From the NCBI GenBank assembly GCA_964016885.1, contig OZ024741.1:122450001-122514000 (forward strand): a DNA stretch of 64,000 nucleotides. Reading direction: 5' to 3'. Made by a program: the position numbers and the translations under genes. Shown in pieces: positions 37,526 through 52,327 of this stretch (positions are counted from its first letter, which is position 1; each line of letters opens with the position of its first letter). The notes below the pieces were generated by a model. The model was not told the origin of the DNA. It was given only the letters and a program-made list of their open reading frames with translations, and did not search any database. Origin of the DNA: Eledone cirrhosa. Its lineage: Eukaryota.

Positions 37526-38800
37526 GTAAGTATTTCATTACTATTCTTCGTTATAGGTGGCGAAGTCGCAGAATCGTTAAAACATCGGATAGAATGATTT
37601 GTAGTATTCGTCCCGGATTTTTGCTCTAAGTACAAATCCCACCTAGGTCAACATTATCTGTCATCATTTCGAGGTCATAAAGAAAATTTCCAGTTCAGTA
37701 CTGGGGTCGGTTCTGCCTTTATAACTCTTTCTCACTTCGTCTCTATCCCCAGTCCAGTACTAGGATAAAAATGCGCAAGAAATGCTGTATGGCACTGCGG
37801 CGCCCGTATGACTCCACCAAGTGTTACATATTCATACATACATGTTACATTATATACGTTGAACAACCATAAATACTTTATTGTGTTTGGTCCATTTATT
37901 TTTCCTTTGATAATGATTGCGGGTGTGGTGTAAATCGAGTTCGTATTTCATTATTTCGTTGTAAAACAAAGGGTGTTGGATTAACAGACTCGCTAGAGCA
38001 TTGGATAACATTCCTTAATATATTTTTTCAGTCTCTTTATGGTTGTAGTACTCACTGATGTCAACATTACCTTTTATCCTTCCGCGGTTGGCCTGGCATC
38101 ATGGAAAATAAAGCAGTGGAAAGTAGAATCTGTAGAATACAAGATATCATAGTTTCTCTGTTTGTTACGCTCTATTTGCTTCTGAATTAAGCATAGCAGT
38201 AGTTTGTGATTTAGGCACAGGGTCAGAAATTGTGTAGGAGTCTGTGTGGTTAAATTTACATCAATATTTGACAGGCAGTTTATGGTATCTCCACCGATAT
38301 GTTGGAAAGCAAAGTTAACTTCAATTTCTGCAAAGCATCTGTCCTATCTGAGCTTTTAACGATTTTGCTAATCCGCCTTACGGATTTCAGGTCAGGATCG
38401 TAACGTGGTGAATTCGATTATTACTGGCATATTGCGTCCTAGAAGAAAACAATTTATTTCACGTTGCTCGACTCAAATCATTTAAAAGAAAAATGAATTT
38501 TACCTATCATTATAAGGGCCTTGTCACACAATAATTCACATTGACTCTCATTGAGAATTACGTTAAGTGTACGCGTGTCTATGGAATGCTTAGCCACTAG
38601 CACATTAATTTCACAAGCAGACTATTCTGTTGGTCAAATAGATGAAACATTCGTTATTGGAGCCCACAAAGGTCCAACAACATTTATTTATTTAGAATCA
38701 GGTTATCAAATATGAATTGGGTGTTTACACTAATATATACCCCACATATGGACAGACTAAATTGTTTATATTTTGACATTAATTTCTTTGTTTTTTACAG

Positions 38801-38831
38801 ACATTCCACATTATAATATGGAATCAAATAT
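38801..38831 (+). CDS. Host gene exon C (31-nt microexon)
   Basis: TTTTTTACAG acceptor and GTAAGT donor; phase 1 to 2. Confidence 0.78.
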
Positions 38832-39127
38832 GTAAGTACTATGCTTTCCTTAAATAATGCATTTAATAAAAAACACTTTTTTAGTAATGTTCGTTTACCC
38901 CCCCCCCCCCCCCCCCCCGCACACACTCTCTCCCTGGTGTAAATTAATTGCGTCCGTAGGCGGTATGTCAAGATGAGCTCCCGATGCTCGTGTGGATCAG
39001 AGTATCAATAGAAATAATATATGAGAGAACAAAGAATCAGTGTTGCATCATCTACATATTTTACTTATTCACCTTATCCTTTTATTCTCTATCTCACTGC
39101 CAATCTTCTCTGCCCGTATTATTTAAT

Positions 39128-39312
39128 TGATTGGCAGTATCGGTAGCGGATCGGGCGCCATGCTTTGACGCATAGAGTTAGGGTCCTTGCCATTCTGAGT
39201 TCAAATCCCGCCGAGGTTTACTTTGCCTTTCATCCTTACGGGGTCGATAAAATAAAGTACCAGTAATGCACTAGGTAATTGCTGGCCTTGTGCCAAAAGT
39301 AGAAACAATTAT
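39128..39312 (+). mobile_element. SINE family 1
   Basis: Matches consensus. Confidence 0.9.
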
Positions 39313-39799
39313 TTTATTATTTAGCACCTCTCTATCTTTGTAAAGATTAGTTGTATTTTCTTATTTTTTATTTTTGTGTTTTTGTATTGCTTTATTTCCT
39401 TGGTACTTACTTCAAAGACTAGCAGCTGTTTTCCGGCAGAACGGCCGCCACGCAAGAATGAGGTTGGTATGAGACCAGCGTAAAATGCCGCCTTGGCCAA
39501 CAAATAGCAGTAATAGCTGCTGAGTTCTAGGCCGTTTCCCACAGAGATTTCACCGGATACAACTTAACAGGATGAATACGGTGATGAAAAATTCCCTTAA
39601 CAGAATGTGTGGCAGCATAAAATAAGGAATCGGGATAAATATCCAACCACTTTTAGACGCGAGTCTACATGTTAACACATATCTTAGGAGCTTCCGATTC
39701 CTGAGTCAGGATCAATCATTAATCGATCGTTTCTCTATCGTCTCTCGAGCTGATTGACAGTGAAACATATGCAATATGTAATTAAATCTTCTTCTTCTT

Positions 39800-39830
<31 letters not shown>

Positions 39831-39941
39831 TTATTATTATTATTATTATTATTATCATTATTAGGGATAGCATTAGGGTAATGATGGTTATCGTTCTCAT
39901 TGTTATTAATTTCATTAGTGCTATTACCATTATTATTATTA

Positions 39942-40128
39942 TGGCGTTGAATTGGCAGTATCGGTAGGGGGTCGGACACCATGCTTTGACGCATAGAGTT
40001 ACGGTCCTTGCCATTCTGAGTTCAAATCCCGCCGAAGTTGACTTTGCCTTTCATCCTTACGGGGTCGATAAAATAAAGTACCAATAATACACTGGGTAAT
40101 TGCTGGCCTGGTGCCTAAAGTAGAAACA

Positions 40129-40130
<2 letters not shown>
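39942..40130 (+). mobile_element. SINE family 1 with long (ATT)n tail
   Basis: Matches consensus. Confidence 0.9.
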
Positions 40131-40160
<30 letters not shown>

Positions 40161-40161
<1 letters not shown>

Positions 40162-41408
40162 GTTATTGTTCTTTGAGTCTCAGTCATTGATGTTAGTTAA
40201 CTGGAAAGTTTGGTGAAATGAATATCAAGCCACTACCTGCAGCCTCAGATATTCAGGACGTATCGGAGAGTTCTTACTGTTCCCAGCAAGCATGCCTTTT
40301 GAAGTGTTCCAAAAAGCGTGGCGGGGCCAATTTTCTTTAACCATCCCTGGAAACTTTTTGAGATAGTACCTAGTGCGCCTATGACAATCGGGACCACTTT
40401 GACTTTATGGCAGTTCCAAATCCTTTTTACCTCCCACTTTAAATCCTGGTATCGGTTAATTTTCTCCCTCTCCTTCTCTTGCACTCTCGTGTCGAATGGG
40501 CAGGCCACATCCACAATCAGGAACGATCTTTTTTCCTTGTCCAAAACCAACAGGTCAGGTCTATTGTGTTCCAGTTTCTTGTCCGTCTGTATCATAAAAT
40601 CCCACAGCACCTTCACCTGATCGTTTTCTATCACCGACTCTGGCTTATGCTCATACCACTTCTCAGAATGTGGTAAATTGTTTACTTTGCATAGGTGCCA
40701 GTGGATCACCATGCCCATCAAGTTTCCAGCCCTTATAGTGAGTCAGGGCTAGGTGTTTACACTCGGATACAATGTGAGCCACAGTCTCCTCTCTCTCTCC
40801 ACAGATCCTGCACAGTGGGCTAGCCTCCTCCTTGTAAATATGGTGTTTCAACCACTTCGTTTTGAGGGCCTGCTCTTGCGCAGCCATTAGCATTCCTTCT
40901 GTAGCCTTTTTAAGGTCTCCTCTTTTCAACCAGTTCCATGTCTGTGGATCTCTGAATTCAGTTTTCTCAAAGAAGGTACTATGAGGGGATTTTTCATGAA
41001 GGCTGCTCTTTCCCCTTGTTGTTATTTCCTCCTTGGACATTCCCTGGTCTATTGTTCTCTCCTTCAGTACAATTCTGAGCATTGGCTCCTTACTATCAGT
41101 CACGTATTTGTGTAGGTCGTTTTTCTCCATCTGAACACAGTCCTCTATGCTGATAAGACCTCTTCCACCTTCAGATCTCCTTATGTAGAGTCTATCGACA
41201 TCACTCCTCTTGTGGAACATGTTGCAGATAGTCAATAGCTTCCTAGTCTTCCTATCCATTTCTTTTTGTTCAGCAACATTCCATCTCAGAATTCCCGCAC
41301 TGTACCTAATAATAGACACAGCTCGGGAATTTACTGCACTTATGGCATTCCTACTGTTCAGATGTGACTTTATTACGCTCCTTACTCACCAAATGTATTC
41401 AGATCTTA
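40161..41408 (-). mobile_element. R4/Dong-like non-LTR element A (RLE endonuclease), 5'-truncated
   Basis: GGRGL, CRICGEREETVAHIVSEC, RPDLLVLD...IVDVACP; (TAA)n at both ends. Confidence 0.9.
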
Positions 41409-41427
41409 ATTATTATTATTATTATTA

Positions 41428-44400
41428 CAGTTGCATTTATCTTGCTTTATGTTCATACCAGTTATCACCAAGTCACAACCAGTGACCTCAAGAGACAACA
41501 AGGTCCGCCATGTTCAAGAAAGAACATACATACTCACACATGCATCTTTAGTGTTTAGACTTGTGATGTACTTATATTGACAGAATCTTCCTTAGTATAT
41601 GGGCAGTTCCCATTAGTACTATCTTTTGTATTTCTCCTATACGCGGGTTTCCTGGGATTTGCGATAAGTAATCATTAGACCCCTTAGGTAGCATTCCCAG
41701 AGCGCCTACAACCACTGGTATTGTTTTAGTTCTCAATTTCCACATTTTTCCAATTTCTATCTCCAGGTCCTTATACTTGCTCAATTTTTCAAATGTTTTT
41801 ATAGATACATTCTTGTCTATTGGAACAGACATATCAATTAGCAGGCATACCCTCTTTTTAAAGTCCTTCAATATTATATCAGGTATATTTGCATCTATTT
41901 TTCGGTCTGTGTGGATGCTAAAGTTTCACAAGATTGAGATGTGATCTTTTTCAAGTATGGGAGGTGGTTGATGCTCGCACCAATTCTTTTGATGGGGCAG
42001 GTCAAAATGCTTACACATTATCCAATGTATGTATTGTGCAGCTCTGTCATGCCTGTTTAGGTATTCGGTTGGAGCTATAGGACTGCACATTGAAATTATA
42101 TGGTCAATGGTCTCCGGTTGTTTTTTGCATACACGGCATAATGGGCTGCATCCATTTTTTATTATGTTGGCTTGGTAATTTTTTGTTGGCAGACACTGAT
42201 CTTGTGCTGATATAATCAGTCCTTCAGTCTCCGATTTCAGTCCAGAGGATGCCAACCACTGATGGGTTAAAGTTTTGTCAACATCAGGATTGTTAGCTCG
42301 CTCTGGGTATTTTCCATACAGAGGCTTTTCTTGCCATTTCTTAGCCAGTTTCTGTAGCAGTTCTTTCTTTGCAGTTACTTTTACCTGCTTTGCTTTTTCT
42401 GTGTTTTCCATTTCAGCAGTAAATGGGACTTCTGAAATTTGTAGTCCATTACTGTATCTTTGTGCATCTTTTGTAATGGAATATGATCTTTTGATGCTTT
42501 CGTGTTTCAAAACGAGTTTGATCATCCAATCATGTGATTCCCTTAGATATGTAGATAATCCAATTGTTGCAGTTTTCAACGCAATGTCTAACTAGATTAA
42601 CCTACGTCCTCCTTCTTTCCTAGGGAGATATATTCTATCTATATCTGCCTTAGGGTGATGCATTCTGTGCATAGTTAAGAGTTTTCGAATTTTTGTATCG
42701 AGCCTACGGATCTCTGTGCTTGATCAGTTGATGACATTGTAACTGCGATGCAGAATAAAAGCGGTGATAAAGAGTCACCCTGAAAAATTCCACAATTAAT
42801 ATTAACTTCTCCAGCTTCCAGTGATTTTGTTTCACTATTCAAAAGGAGTGTCGTTTTCCATGTCTTCATACTGAATGACAAGAACCTCCTGACAACGGGA
42901 GATATTTATATCTCTAAACATTTTTTCAATCCAACTGTGTGGCAAACTATCGAATACTTTTTTATAATCTATCCAAGCAATTGATAGATTTTTGTGTCTA
43001 TTATGACAATCATCCAGTATCATTTTGTTAACCAAGGGCGGTGAATTGGCAGTATCGGTAGAGGGTTGGACGCCATGCTTTGACGCATAGAGTTACGGCC
43101 CTTGCCATTCTGAGTTCAAATCCCGCCGAGGTTAACTTTGCCTTTCATCCTTATGGGGTCGATAAAATAAAGTACCAGTAATGTACTGGATAATTGCTGG
43201 CCTTGTGCCAAAAGTAGAAACAATCATTTTGTTAACCAAAAGCTGATCCTTACAGCCATATGAGCCTCGTTTACACCCTTTCTGCTCATTGGGAAATAGG
43301 TCATTGGATATCAGGTGGTCATATGTATATTCAGTTAGGACTGATGTTAAAATGTTATACATTGTTGTCAAGCAAGTTATCGGTCTGTAATTTTTGGGAT
43401 TGTTTGTCTCATCATTCTTCGGAAGTAGGAATGTAATGCCGTTAACTAGCCATGATGGTATCTTTTCTGGCTCCTTAACTATTTCATTGTAAAGTTGGGC
43501 TAATACTTCAGGAGACTCTGCGAAGGCATTTATCCAAAAAATTTGGTATTTTGTCTTTTCCTGGGGATTTCCATTTGCTGGTTTTTCTAAGAGCCAAACG
43601 CAACTGTTCAACTGTTATATTTTACCATATTTGTTCCTCAAGGTGAGCTGTATCTTTCATTTGACTGTCTATCCATGGGGCATGTATATTATGAACTTTT
43701 TCTTCGGCCCAGATCTTTTCCCAGAATTCTTGCACTTCCTCCTTGGGTGGTATTGATTTAGCAGTTATTGTTGACTTGCCAATTTTTCTGTAGATGTTTA
43801 TTTGGTTGTTTTTGAACATATTATTATCTAGATGGTTTTTCAAAGCGCTTTATACGAGTAGCTTTGGCCGACACTTTTTGCTTGATTATTTCTATCAGCA
43901 TGTCTATGTCACTTGTTGATTTTATACTGTATTTTCTTTTCAATTTTCTAAGTTTAGTTTGTTTAACATGTTCACCTACTTTGTAGTTTGTTAAAATTTC
44001 TATGTCAGATCGGAGAAGGTTTATTTGGCGATTGATGTAGATTTCTTTTAGGAATTCCTTTGTTTTTTCATTTTCACTCCACATAAGTGAGTGGTGACTT
44101 TAGCCGATGCATAATAGAGATGATTTAAATCAGTAATGTTTAGTTTGTTTGTGATGATAATCTTTTTGAGAATTATGTTAGTCTTGTGTATTATCTTTTG
44201 GTTCTGTTTGGAGTTCTGGATCTTAGGGAGGGTGTGTCGTTCCCCCATGTCAGATTCTTTCATTTTCATCCATCGATCATAATTTCATCCTTCAAGTTGG
44301 CAAGTTCATTCTCATTCATTTCTTTATCATTTACGATCTCATTGTTTTCATTTTGAGTTTCATCTTGAGCATGCACTCCCTCCACTTTTTCGATCCTTTC

Positions 44401-44460
44401 TTTAATTTGTTCTGTTGTCAGTGATTCCGCCCCAACCCTGGGATTCGAAGTGTTACAATT
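41428..44460 (-). mobile_element. R4/Dong-like element B, decayed, with part of RT deleted and a nested SINE
   Basis: NYRPITCL, WIDYKKVFDS, GIFQGDSLSPLLF, CRVCKKQPETIDHIISMC, IDMSVP; (TAA)n tail. Confidence 0.9.
43036..43222 (+). mobile_element. SINE family 1 nested in R4-like B
   Basis: 17-bp TSD ATCATTTTGTTAACCAA at 43019 and 43223. Confidence 0.95.
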
Positions 44461-44465
44461 TACCT

Positions 44466-45138
44466 CGTCAGTTCGTCCTCCTCTACGCAAAGAGTTTCTC
44501 CGAGTGCGTCGTCGCACTTGCTGCGGGCCAACCCTCTATAGAATGTCGAAGTGGAGTCTTCACTGATCGCCGGGTCCGCCTGCCAGAGGGCTGTGAGCGC
44601 CTGAGCACATTCGATGTGCGAGTCGCTCATTTTCCTCCGTCTTTGTTTGACCCAGGACTGCAGCTCGGTCAGCGAGACGAATCGTGGGAAGACTCGCCTC
44701 ACGAACGGGGCCCACACCGGTTGTCCGGTGAGGAATACGTGGAGGTGCCGCAGCCTGAGCGCGTGTTTGCGCATCGTCAGCCACGGCATCCCCAGCCATC
44801 CGTTTGAAGGGTGTTGGCAGCAGATGAATCTTCTCACCAAAGGAGCCCGTTTCTTCCAAAAGAATTGGAAGAGCGCGCACTCCATTTTAGTGAGCGTTTT
44901 GGCTGGACAAGGCACGGCGGTCAAGTGGTAGTAGATGACGGACGCTATAAAAGTATTCGCCACCTCCGCTCGACCTTTCAAGGATAGTTTGCACTCGGCC
45001 CACTTCTGGGTGAGCGCAAACACCTTGGCCGTCACCTCGTTCCAGTTCTTCTCCACTTGGAGGTCCGGACCAAACCAGACCCCGAGCAGCTTTACCGGTT
45101 CTTCCGTCCAGCGTCCGACGACGCCATCGGAAGGCATC
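44466..45138 (-). mobile_element. Tx1 family A internal fragment
   Basis: Peptide nearly identical to ORF 273-1079; 5' junction lies in a GATA repeat. Confidence 0.9.
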
Positions 45139-45150
45139 GATAGATAGATA

Positions 45151-45566
45151 ACTTTCTTTTTATTTGCCACCAGGGCATCAAAAGTGGGACAAGTACAAAG
45201 GGGGGAGTTTACATGCAAAGGCGTCCTCAATATGGAGGAGGCAATAACAAGATATAAAAGTATAAAAATAAAATAAAATATAACAAAATAAATTTTATAA
45301 CAAAATCCTCAATAGGGAGGAGGCGCCTTGGGGGGTCGCACATAACCCCGAAAAAAAGTGTGCAACCCTTTTCCTCAGGAGCACAGAGAGGGGATTCTCC
45401 CTTGGTCTTTCATCTTCCTCACCTATAGTCTGATGTAGAGTGAAGGCCCATTCACACGGGCCATTCTCGCCACTTTCACCCATCTTTCATAAAAACGGCT
45501 GGGGTGCAGCACCTCTCTCTCCATCCTGATCCTTTTTCCGAAATGATATCGGAAGAAACGGACTAG

Positions 45567-45567
<1 letters not shown>
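45151..45567 (-). mobile_element. Tx1 family A short 3' copy
   Basis: Closely matches 2980-3390; (GATA)n on both sides. Confidence 0.92.
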
Positions 45568-45609
<42 letters not shown>

Positions 45610-46816
45610 ATTGAGTTTTATCGTTACAAGAAATTATTTAGTGCTAATCTTTGAGTGTTATGATGGTAGTGAAGGTCTCGGGTGTTGTTTCAATCCCATT
45701 AATAGCATCATATTTCATTAATTACCTTTAGACATTAGCTTTTACTTGATGTTAGAACTCTATGAGTAAACAATAAGCAAAATATAAGCGATTTCATACC
45801 TTCTCTCAGTGAAAAAAGGCATTCCAAATGCCACCTGTAATCTGTGTTTAGGAAATGATCAAAGTAACCACGGAATAGATTAAATACTTTTGTTGTTACT
45901 GTTTTTCCGTCGGCTGTTCCAATTGTTCGATCAATGAAAGAGCCAGCTCGTGAAGAAGCAGCTGATCATTCCACAGACACGTGAAACCTGAATGTATTTC
46001 AGGGGAAGATTCAGTGTAACAAGACAGGTTGTTACACTGTCAGTGCAGGTACAAATCATTTCAGCTGGGAAAACAATGTGAAATAAAGTGGCATGCTCAG
46101 TGATAGAAGGCAAAGATATTCCACTGGGAATGGAACTCACGATTGTGTGCTACTTTAACCACTAAGCTACACGCCTCCTTGACAAATAAAAAAAAAACAA
46201 AAAAAAAAACAAGAAACAAAATATGTTTGCCCCTTTAAAATATCTAGATGGAATTGATTAGAATTTCTTCATTAACTCTTTTATTTAATTAAACTAGCAT
46301 GTGTAGTGTGTATATTGATATTATACGCAAATATATTTGCATGTAAAAAAAAGGATACGTAAAAAAAAAAATCGTAATTGAGAATATGCACAGAAATTGA
46401 AGAGAGACTGTAGTACACTCTCTTCTGTAATCAGTAAAGTAATCCATAATACATATAAAAAAGACGATATCATATATAATCTCCATTACGTCAAAATTTT
46501 ATGAAAACAGAAAAGGAGAAAATTAGCGACGGAAATATAAACCTTATATATGCGATGTAATACAGCGTTCATTATATCATAACTAGAAGTATTGACATTT
46601 GAACATTTTAAAAGAAGTGCAACTTGAAATAAGCAATACAATTATTTATATTTAATCAAGAATTACGAAATTTAGTAATATTAATTCATTATTTATTCAA
46701 AGTAATCCAACTTATTTTACAAACGGGATAAAAAATGATGTTCAGGACACAGTCCTGCACTCCTCCCTTTATTATATTATGATATTTAATTCTTTATCGT
46801 ACCTTTCTATTTCTAG

Positions 46817-46847
46817 GAAGCCGATGATTCTAGAAACAACAGCATCG
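46817..46847 (+). CDS. Host gene exon D (31-nt microexon)
   Basis: TTTCTAG acceptor and G|GTGAGT donor; phase 2 to 0; KPMILETTAS. Confidence 0.78.
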
Positions 46848-48021
46848 GTGAGTATTTCAAAACGGGATGTAAAACCGATTAGATTCGAATCGCAATTGAA
46901 AACAGTGGCATTCCATTTTTATAACTACTTAGTAGAACGATTGATTGGCAGTTTTACTAGAGCGTCTGAAGAAATGCTTTCTTCTGGCTCTTTGTGCTCT
47001 GAGCTCAAATTGCACCGAGGTCAACTTTACTTGTCATCCTCCTGTGACCGATATAATAAAGTATCCTTTAATTACTAGGCCGATATAATTAACTTCCCCA
47101 ATCCCTGAAATTAAACGCATTATACCTAAATTAGAAACCACAATTAGTTACCAAGAAGGAGAAAACAGCGTTTGGATACATTGTCCACGGTCTCTTAGAC
47201 GGCTGAGAAGAAGGGAGTGTTTTTTTTCCCTCAGGCTAAAGACTTGACACGAATCCCTGCGACAGCTGTACAGGACATGCTACTCAAAGACAAAGGAATC
47301 ATGTTTCTAGAAGGGATTGCATGAATGTTTGTCGGTTTCGACACGTATGTTCCCCTTGTTCTATCAACAAAAAAGCCTGCTCGTGAATTCATGTGTAAGT
47401 GGGTGAGCATGCCACAGACACGTGTACCTGTAATCCTCAAGGTGACACAGATTGTGACATTCCCGACGTTTGTTTGAATTACAGGTACAATTCATCTTAT
47501 GAGTTTGTAATCATGTCCCGTCTTTTCAATCTCACTAACTGGCCATAGGTGGATCCGACCGAGTCTTATATAAAATGATACTTGCTTTAACATAGGATCA
47601 ATCCCAGGATCTAAAGTTTGTTATGCTGTGTCTATGTTATGAGTCACTAAAGGGTAAACGAAAAGCGAGGATGAGACACAATCCTATTCACTCTTATAAT
47701 TTGTACTGTTTTGAACAGAAATATCACGATGGTTTTTCTATGCTATTACGTTCTGATGTAAACAGGTGGAAATATTAATACATACTATGCGACCTTATGT
47801 ATGTTTTGGTAGCAGTAAATGGTATTTTCCTTGAAATTAATTGGTTTGGGACATTTACTTACTGCTGCGGTATTTTAGATTTTAGTGTGGATTTCAGCCC
47901 CTCGAAAGTCATATCAATGATGTAGTCGGCCCCTTACATTCAACCAAAGAAATAGTCTAAACAATTCCATATTTGCATGTGTATATTTACGATATTTGAC
48001 ATATTTTCCATTCTTCAACAG

Positions 48022-48573
48022 ATCCACGAAACATCCGACTTCTCCGTAATTAATCAAGGTGATACGGTAAACTTTGCTCCTAATAGTGTCGAGTCACAAT
48101 TTATTTTGAGAAAGCAGGAAGAAAATTTACCACGATTAAACGGTGGCAATCCTATGGAAAATGAAACATTATCAGTTACGGACTTCATGTTAAACAGAAA
48201 GAGTCAACATTCGTACGAGCGCTCTGATCTAAGATACGCAACCAATGATAATAGCAGCAATTATCCTATGAATAATGGTGGTCGGTTTCTCACTGTTGGA
48301 TATCCTTCTCAGAAGGACACACATCCTAACCCCGATTACGAGCACGTTATTACTAGAAATGAAATCGAAAACCAGGAAACATTTCGAAATAGCAGAAATA
48401 GTAACTTTGAGGATTTGGATTTTGATTTTGATTTGCAAGAAATTAAGAAAAATTTTCCTTCGGATGATATTCAAAATTCCTATAGAGTAAATTGGGATGA
48501 ATCATATTACAAACAAGTACAGTTTAATTCAAATCCCGAAAATATAGTAATTTCAAATGTATCGCTACGTTAA
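48022..48573 (+). CDS. Host gene terminal coding exon E
   Basis: TTCTTCAACAG acceptor, phase 0, 183 codons to TAA; contains NPDYEHV; AATAAA at 48611. Confidence 0.85.
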   Translation: MHETSDFSVINQGDTVNFAPNSVESQFILRKQEENLPRLNGGNPMENETLSVTDFMLNRKSQHSYERSDLRYATNDNSSNYPMNNGGRFLTVGYPSQKDTHPNPDYEHVITRNEIENQETFRNSRNSNFEDLDFDFDLQEIKKNFPSDDIQNSYRVNWDESYYKQVQFNSNPENIVISNVSLR

Positions 48574-48947
48574 ACGTTCTCCAAGAATCTAATCCCCAGT
48601 TAGCCTTTAAAATAAACCTCTTTTTTCAGCAACAAAAACTCAAGAGAAAATATATTAAAAAGCACGTATGGATACACAAACTAGCTATCGCATTAAAGCA
48701 ATATATACCCATACATAACATCTACACAATACACACATATTCTATCTGCTTGTGTATATTTTCCCCCTCAAACATATATGATTTATGATTGTATTCATAG
48801 ATATATACATACATACATATTTCCCTTACCTCAACTGCATCTATCTATCTATCTACTATCTATTTGTCTGTCTGCCTGTCATTCTTACATATATAATTGC
48901 ATACATACACACACATACACAAATATAGATGTAAGCATCATAAACGT

Positions 48948-49009
<62 letters not shown>

Positions 49010-49028
49010 GGTGTGTGGGTGTGTGTGC

Positions 49029-49085
<57 letters not shown>

Positions 49086-49404
49086 TATATTAACGCATAA
49101 AAGAGAAAACTAAATGTCTTGCGAACAATACGAACACGCAGCAACATATTTGAAATTGCAAGAGACGGGATAATTTTTTTGCGGCATGTCTCCATGTGTA
49201 GTTCAGCTGATGTGTTTTTGCAGCTATTTCGTCTTGGATGACGACATTCCATTAATTTATGTCTTGCTTATACATTATTTATTTGTAATGTTTGAGGTAG
49301 TGTTTTTTTTATCAGAAATATTTTGCTAGAGTTCTAAATTTGTGATTTAAATCAGTGGTCTCTAACGATGATACAAAAGACCAAATATAAAGAGAGTCTT
49401 GATA

Positions 49405-49498
49405 ATTGTTTCTACTTTAGGCACAAGGCCAGCAATTACTCAGTGCATTACTGGTACTTTATTTTATCGACCCCGTAAGGATGAAAGGCAAAGTCAAT
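49405..49498 (-). mobile_element. SINE family 1, 5'-truncated
   Basis: TSD TCTTGATAAT. Confidence 0.85.
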
Positions 49499-51681
49499 CT
49501 TGATAATGGAAATCCTTCATATTTACACGTTTTTCTTTTATTTACCTTTAAAAAACATCTATATCATTTCATGAAAGAATAACATATTAAAGTACAATCT
49601 TTGAATATCATGTTGAATGTAATAAAAACTGTAAAACATTACTGGTAAACCTTCTGGGAGACCCATTTCTTCCACGATCATTTTTAGTAAAGCCTTTGAG
49701 TTCCTATAAACTCAAGCTAGAGATAACTGCTCTAAACTCATTTCAAAACATTATCTGGTGCTACGAATATTCAAGTAATCTTTTTGTAAACGTATACATT
49801 AGTGGAGTGACATGGTATAGAACATAGAGGAGAATATGAGTCCTGTGGCGTCGAATTTGTGTCTGATACATGCCAGAAACATATTCAGATGAAATATAAA
49901 GTTCAAAGAACTAACTTCTTGAAATTTTGTCTAACAAGGAAAGAGAAGTTTCGAGACAAAAAATACCTTGCATATTAAATTTAGCTTAATATATATCAAA
50001 TTGACTAAAATAATTATGATTAAAATGATATTAAAAATAGCGAAACTGAATGTGGTTGTTATTGTTTATTTTGAATTTTTAATGATTTATTCATTCGAAA
50101 GGAGAGCATCGAATGACACCGAGAAATCGTGACAAAATATTTGTTATCGATCTCAGTTAATATATTGAACTGAATATTTACAAAATATCTGGAACTCGTT
50201 TGACGTCTTACATTATATGTACCTGGGGTGAATACCTATTAGGTTGAACGTTTGGGGGTGTAGACATAATCCGTCGCTTGGTTTAACACTCCCATCTTCT
50301 CCTTGGCTTCCTTTAGTAGAATTTTCACTCTTACAAGTATTTGCACCAAATCGCTGGCTGAGGATACCTTCCTTCCTTTCTCCCTCTCTCTCATACATCT
50401 CGGAGTGTTTGAAAAGTACTGTAAGTACTTCTTTTCTTTCCCCCACCCTGACTAAACAATAAAATAAAATATGTATTTACTTGTCTAGTCGCTGAGAAAA
50501 ATGACTGAGAAAACCCAGTATAATAGCGGGGCTTTATTTTTTTATTGTTTACAATTTGGAATAATGACTTACATTTACATAGTAAATGAATATAATTGTA
50601 ATTTATGCATTTTATATAATTATTTCTATGTTTATTATGTCAATTTCTTCTCATGACATTTTTCACAAAGAATTGCTTCTTTCAGATATCACTGAAAAAA
50701 AAAACCCTGATATTTTTACAGCGACCTTGAGTAATCTGACTGCAGCTACTTTCAGTGGAGGCGTGTTGCCTAATTGCTGTGGGACTCAGAAACATAATGT
50801 CCTGAGTTCGAGTACGGCAACAGGAGGTACATTGGATGTTTCAACAGGATGCTTCATTTTCTGCTGCTTTTCGTGATAGGACCGGAGCGGATATCATTAA
50901 ATCAACCATGAAACCTCCTATCGGATGCAAACTTATAGGAGTCTAAGCAAACGTATATAGTTTTGAGCTGCAAATTTAATTTATTCTTTATCAATTACTT
51001 TCACTCAATGTTGGGCATTCGCTGCTTTTGTTTGATCCGTTTATTATTGAGATTTTTAGGTGGTTTATTAGGTGCTCACACCGATGATATTTTCTGAGTT
51101 TATGTTGCTCTGGCGATGAATGTTTGAGTTGTTTGATCAACGGAACAGCTTGCAGATGAAATAAACGTACAAGTGGCTCAGCATTCCACAGACATGTGTA
51201 CCCTTAACGTAAGGGTTTGTGTTTTTGCATCACAAGTAGAACTCATTTTTTCCCCCACATGAATGGACCAAGACCAATGAGAAATACAATGTCGTGCGGA
51301 AAGACACATCTCACCACAGGGAGTTGAATACCTTAACCAATGAGCTACGCACTTCCACATGTGGTTGTAGTGTAGTCAATAAAAAAGGAACACGTCATTT
51401 TGATATAATCAATAACAATGAGAAATATATATAGCTAATACATTTAGATATGCTTGATATGTAATAAATGCCTATGATAGTAGAGAATGTTTTTGAAACT
51501 CCATAAAACAGGATAGGCCTACATATATACATTCCTAGAATACGTAAGCATGTATAAGTGATTGAGGAGTTCGTTTCGCATCCAGTCGGTTTCAGGTTCA
51601 GTCTCAACTTGGACTTGAGTCGTTTACTGTATCCTCGGTTTGACTATTGCCTGGTGAAAATTTGGTAGGCTCAAAGAGCCC

Positions 51682-51777
<96 letters not shown>

Positions 51778-52327
51778 GTTGATAGTTTAAAATTCATATT
51801 CATTCTAATCTATATTTCGCCATTGGTAATGCACGCAAGGTATAGAAGAATGTCCAGTTTTTATGATATATTCCAAAGGGTCTGCTTTTCTCTGAAGAAT
51901 ATATTTATAGCTTCCACACCCTATCATATAACAACGATGATGCCCACAATCAGGAAACTTTTAACCTTTCTCATTATTTAAATATAGGAAATAATATCGT
52001 TCGTGCATTCCTAGAAATTTCTAAATAGTATTGGTTAAAAATATACACCCTACACACATATATACTCACACAAACATGCATACGCATTCATACATACAAA
52101 TACATTCACGTACATACACGTATACAGCCCAATGACCACACATACGCACCCATGCATCCACACACCTCGCACACACAGGCACACCCAAGCAAGCCTATAT
52201 TTACGTCCATCAAACATAAATATGTACAATATTGTAAACATTTACTTTGGTTGGGAACAATTAATCTGTGTGAAAGTACAAATATTCATTCCCAATATGT
52301 ATGTATGTGTGTATGTATGTATTATAT

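Noticed and set aside
39420-39548. Minus-strand AACGGCC/GGCCGTT stem with GAAA-CAGCTG
   Set aside because: CTGANGA core is broken; at best a dead hammerhead
43132-43224. ORF tail VSTFGTRPAI..RPHKDERQS recurring in many ORFs
   Set aside because: Antisense reading of SINE 1, not a protein domain
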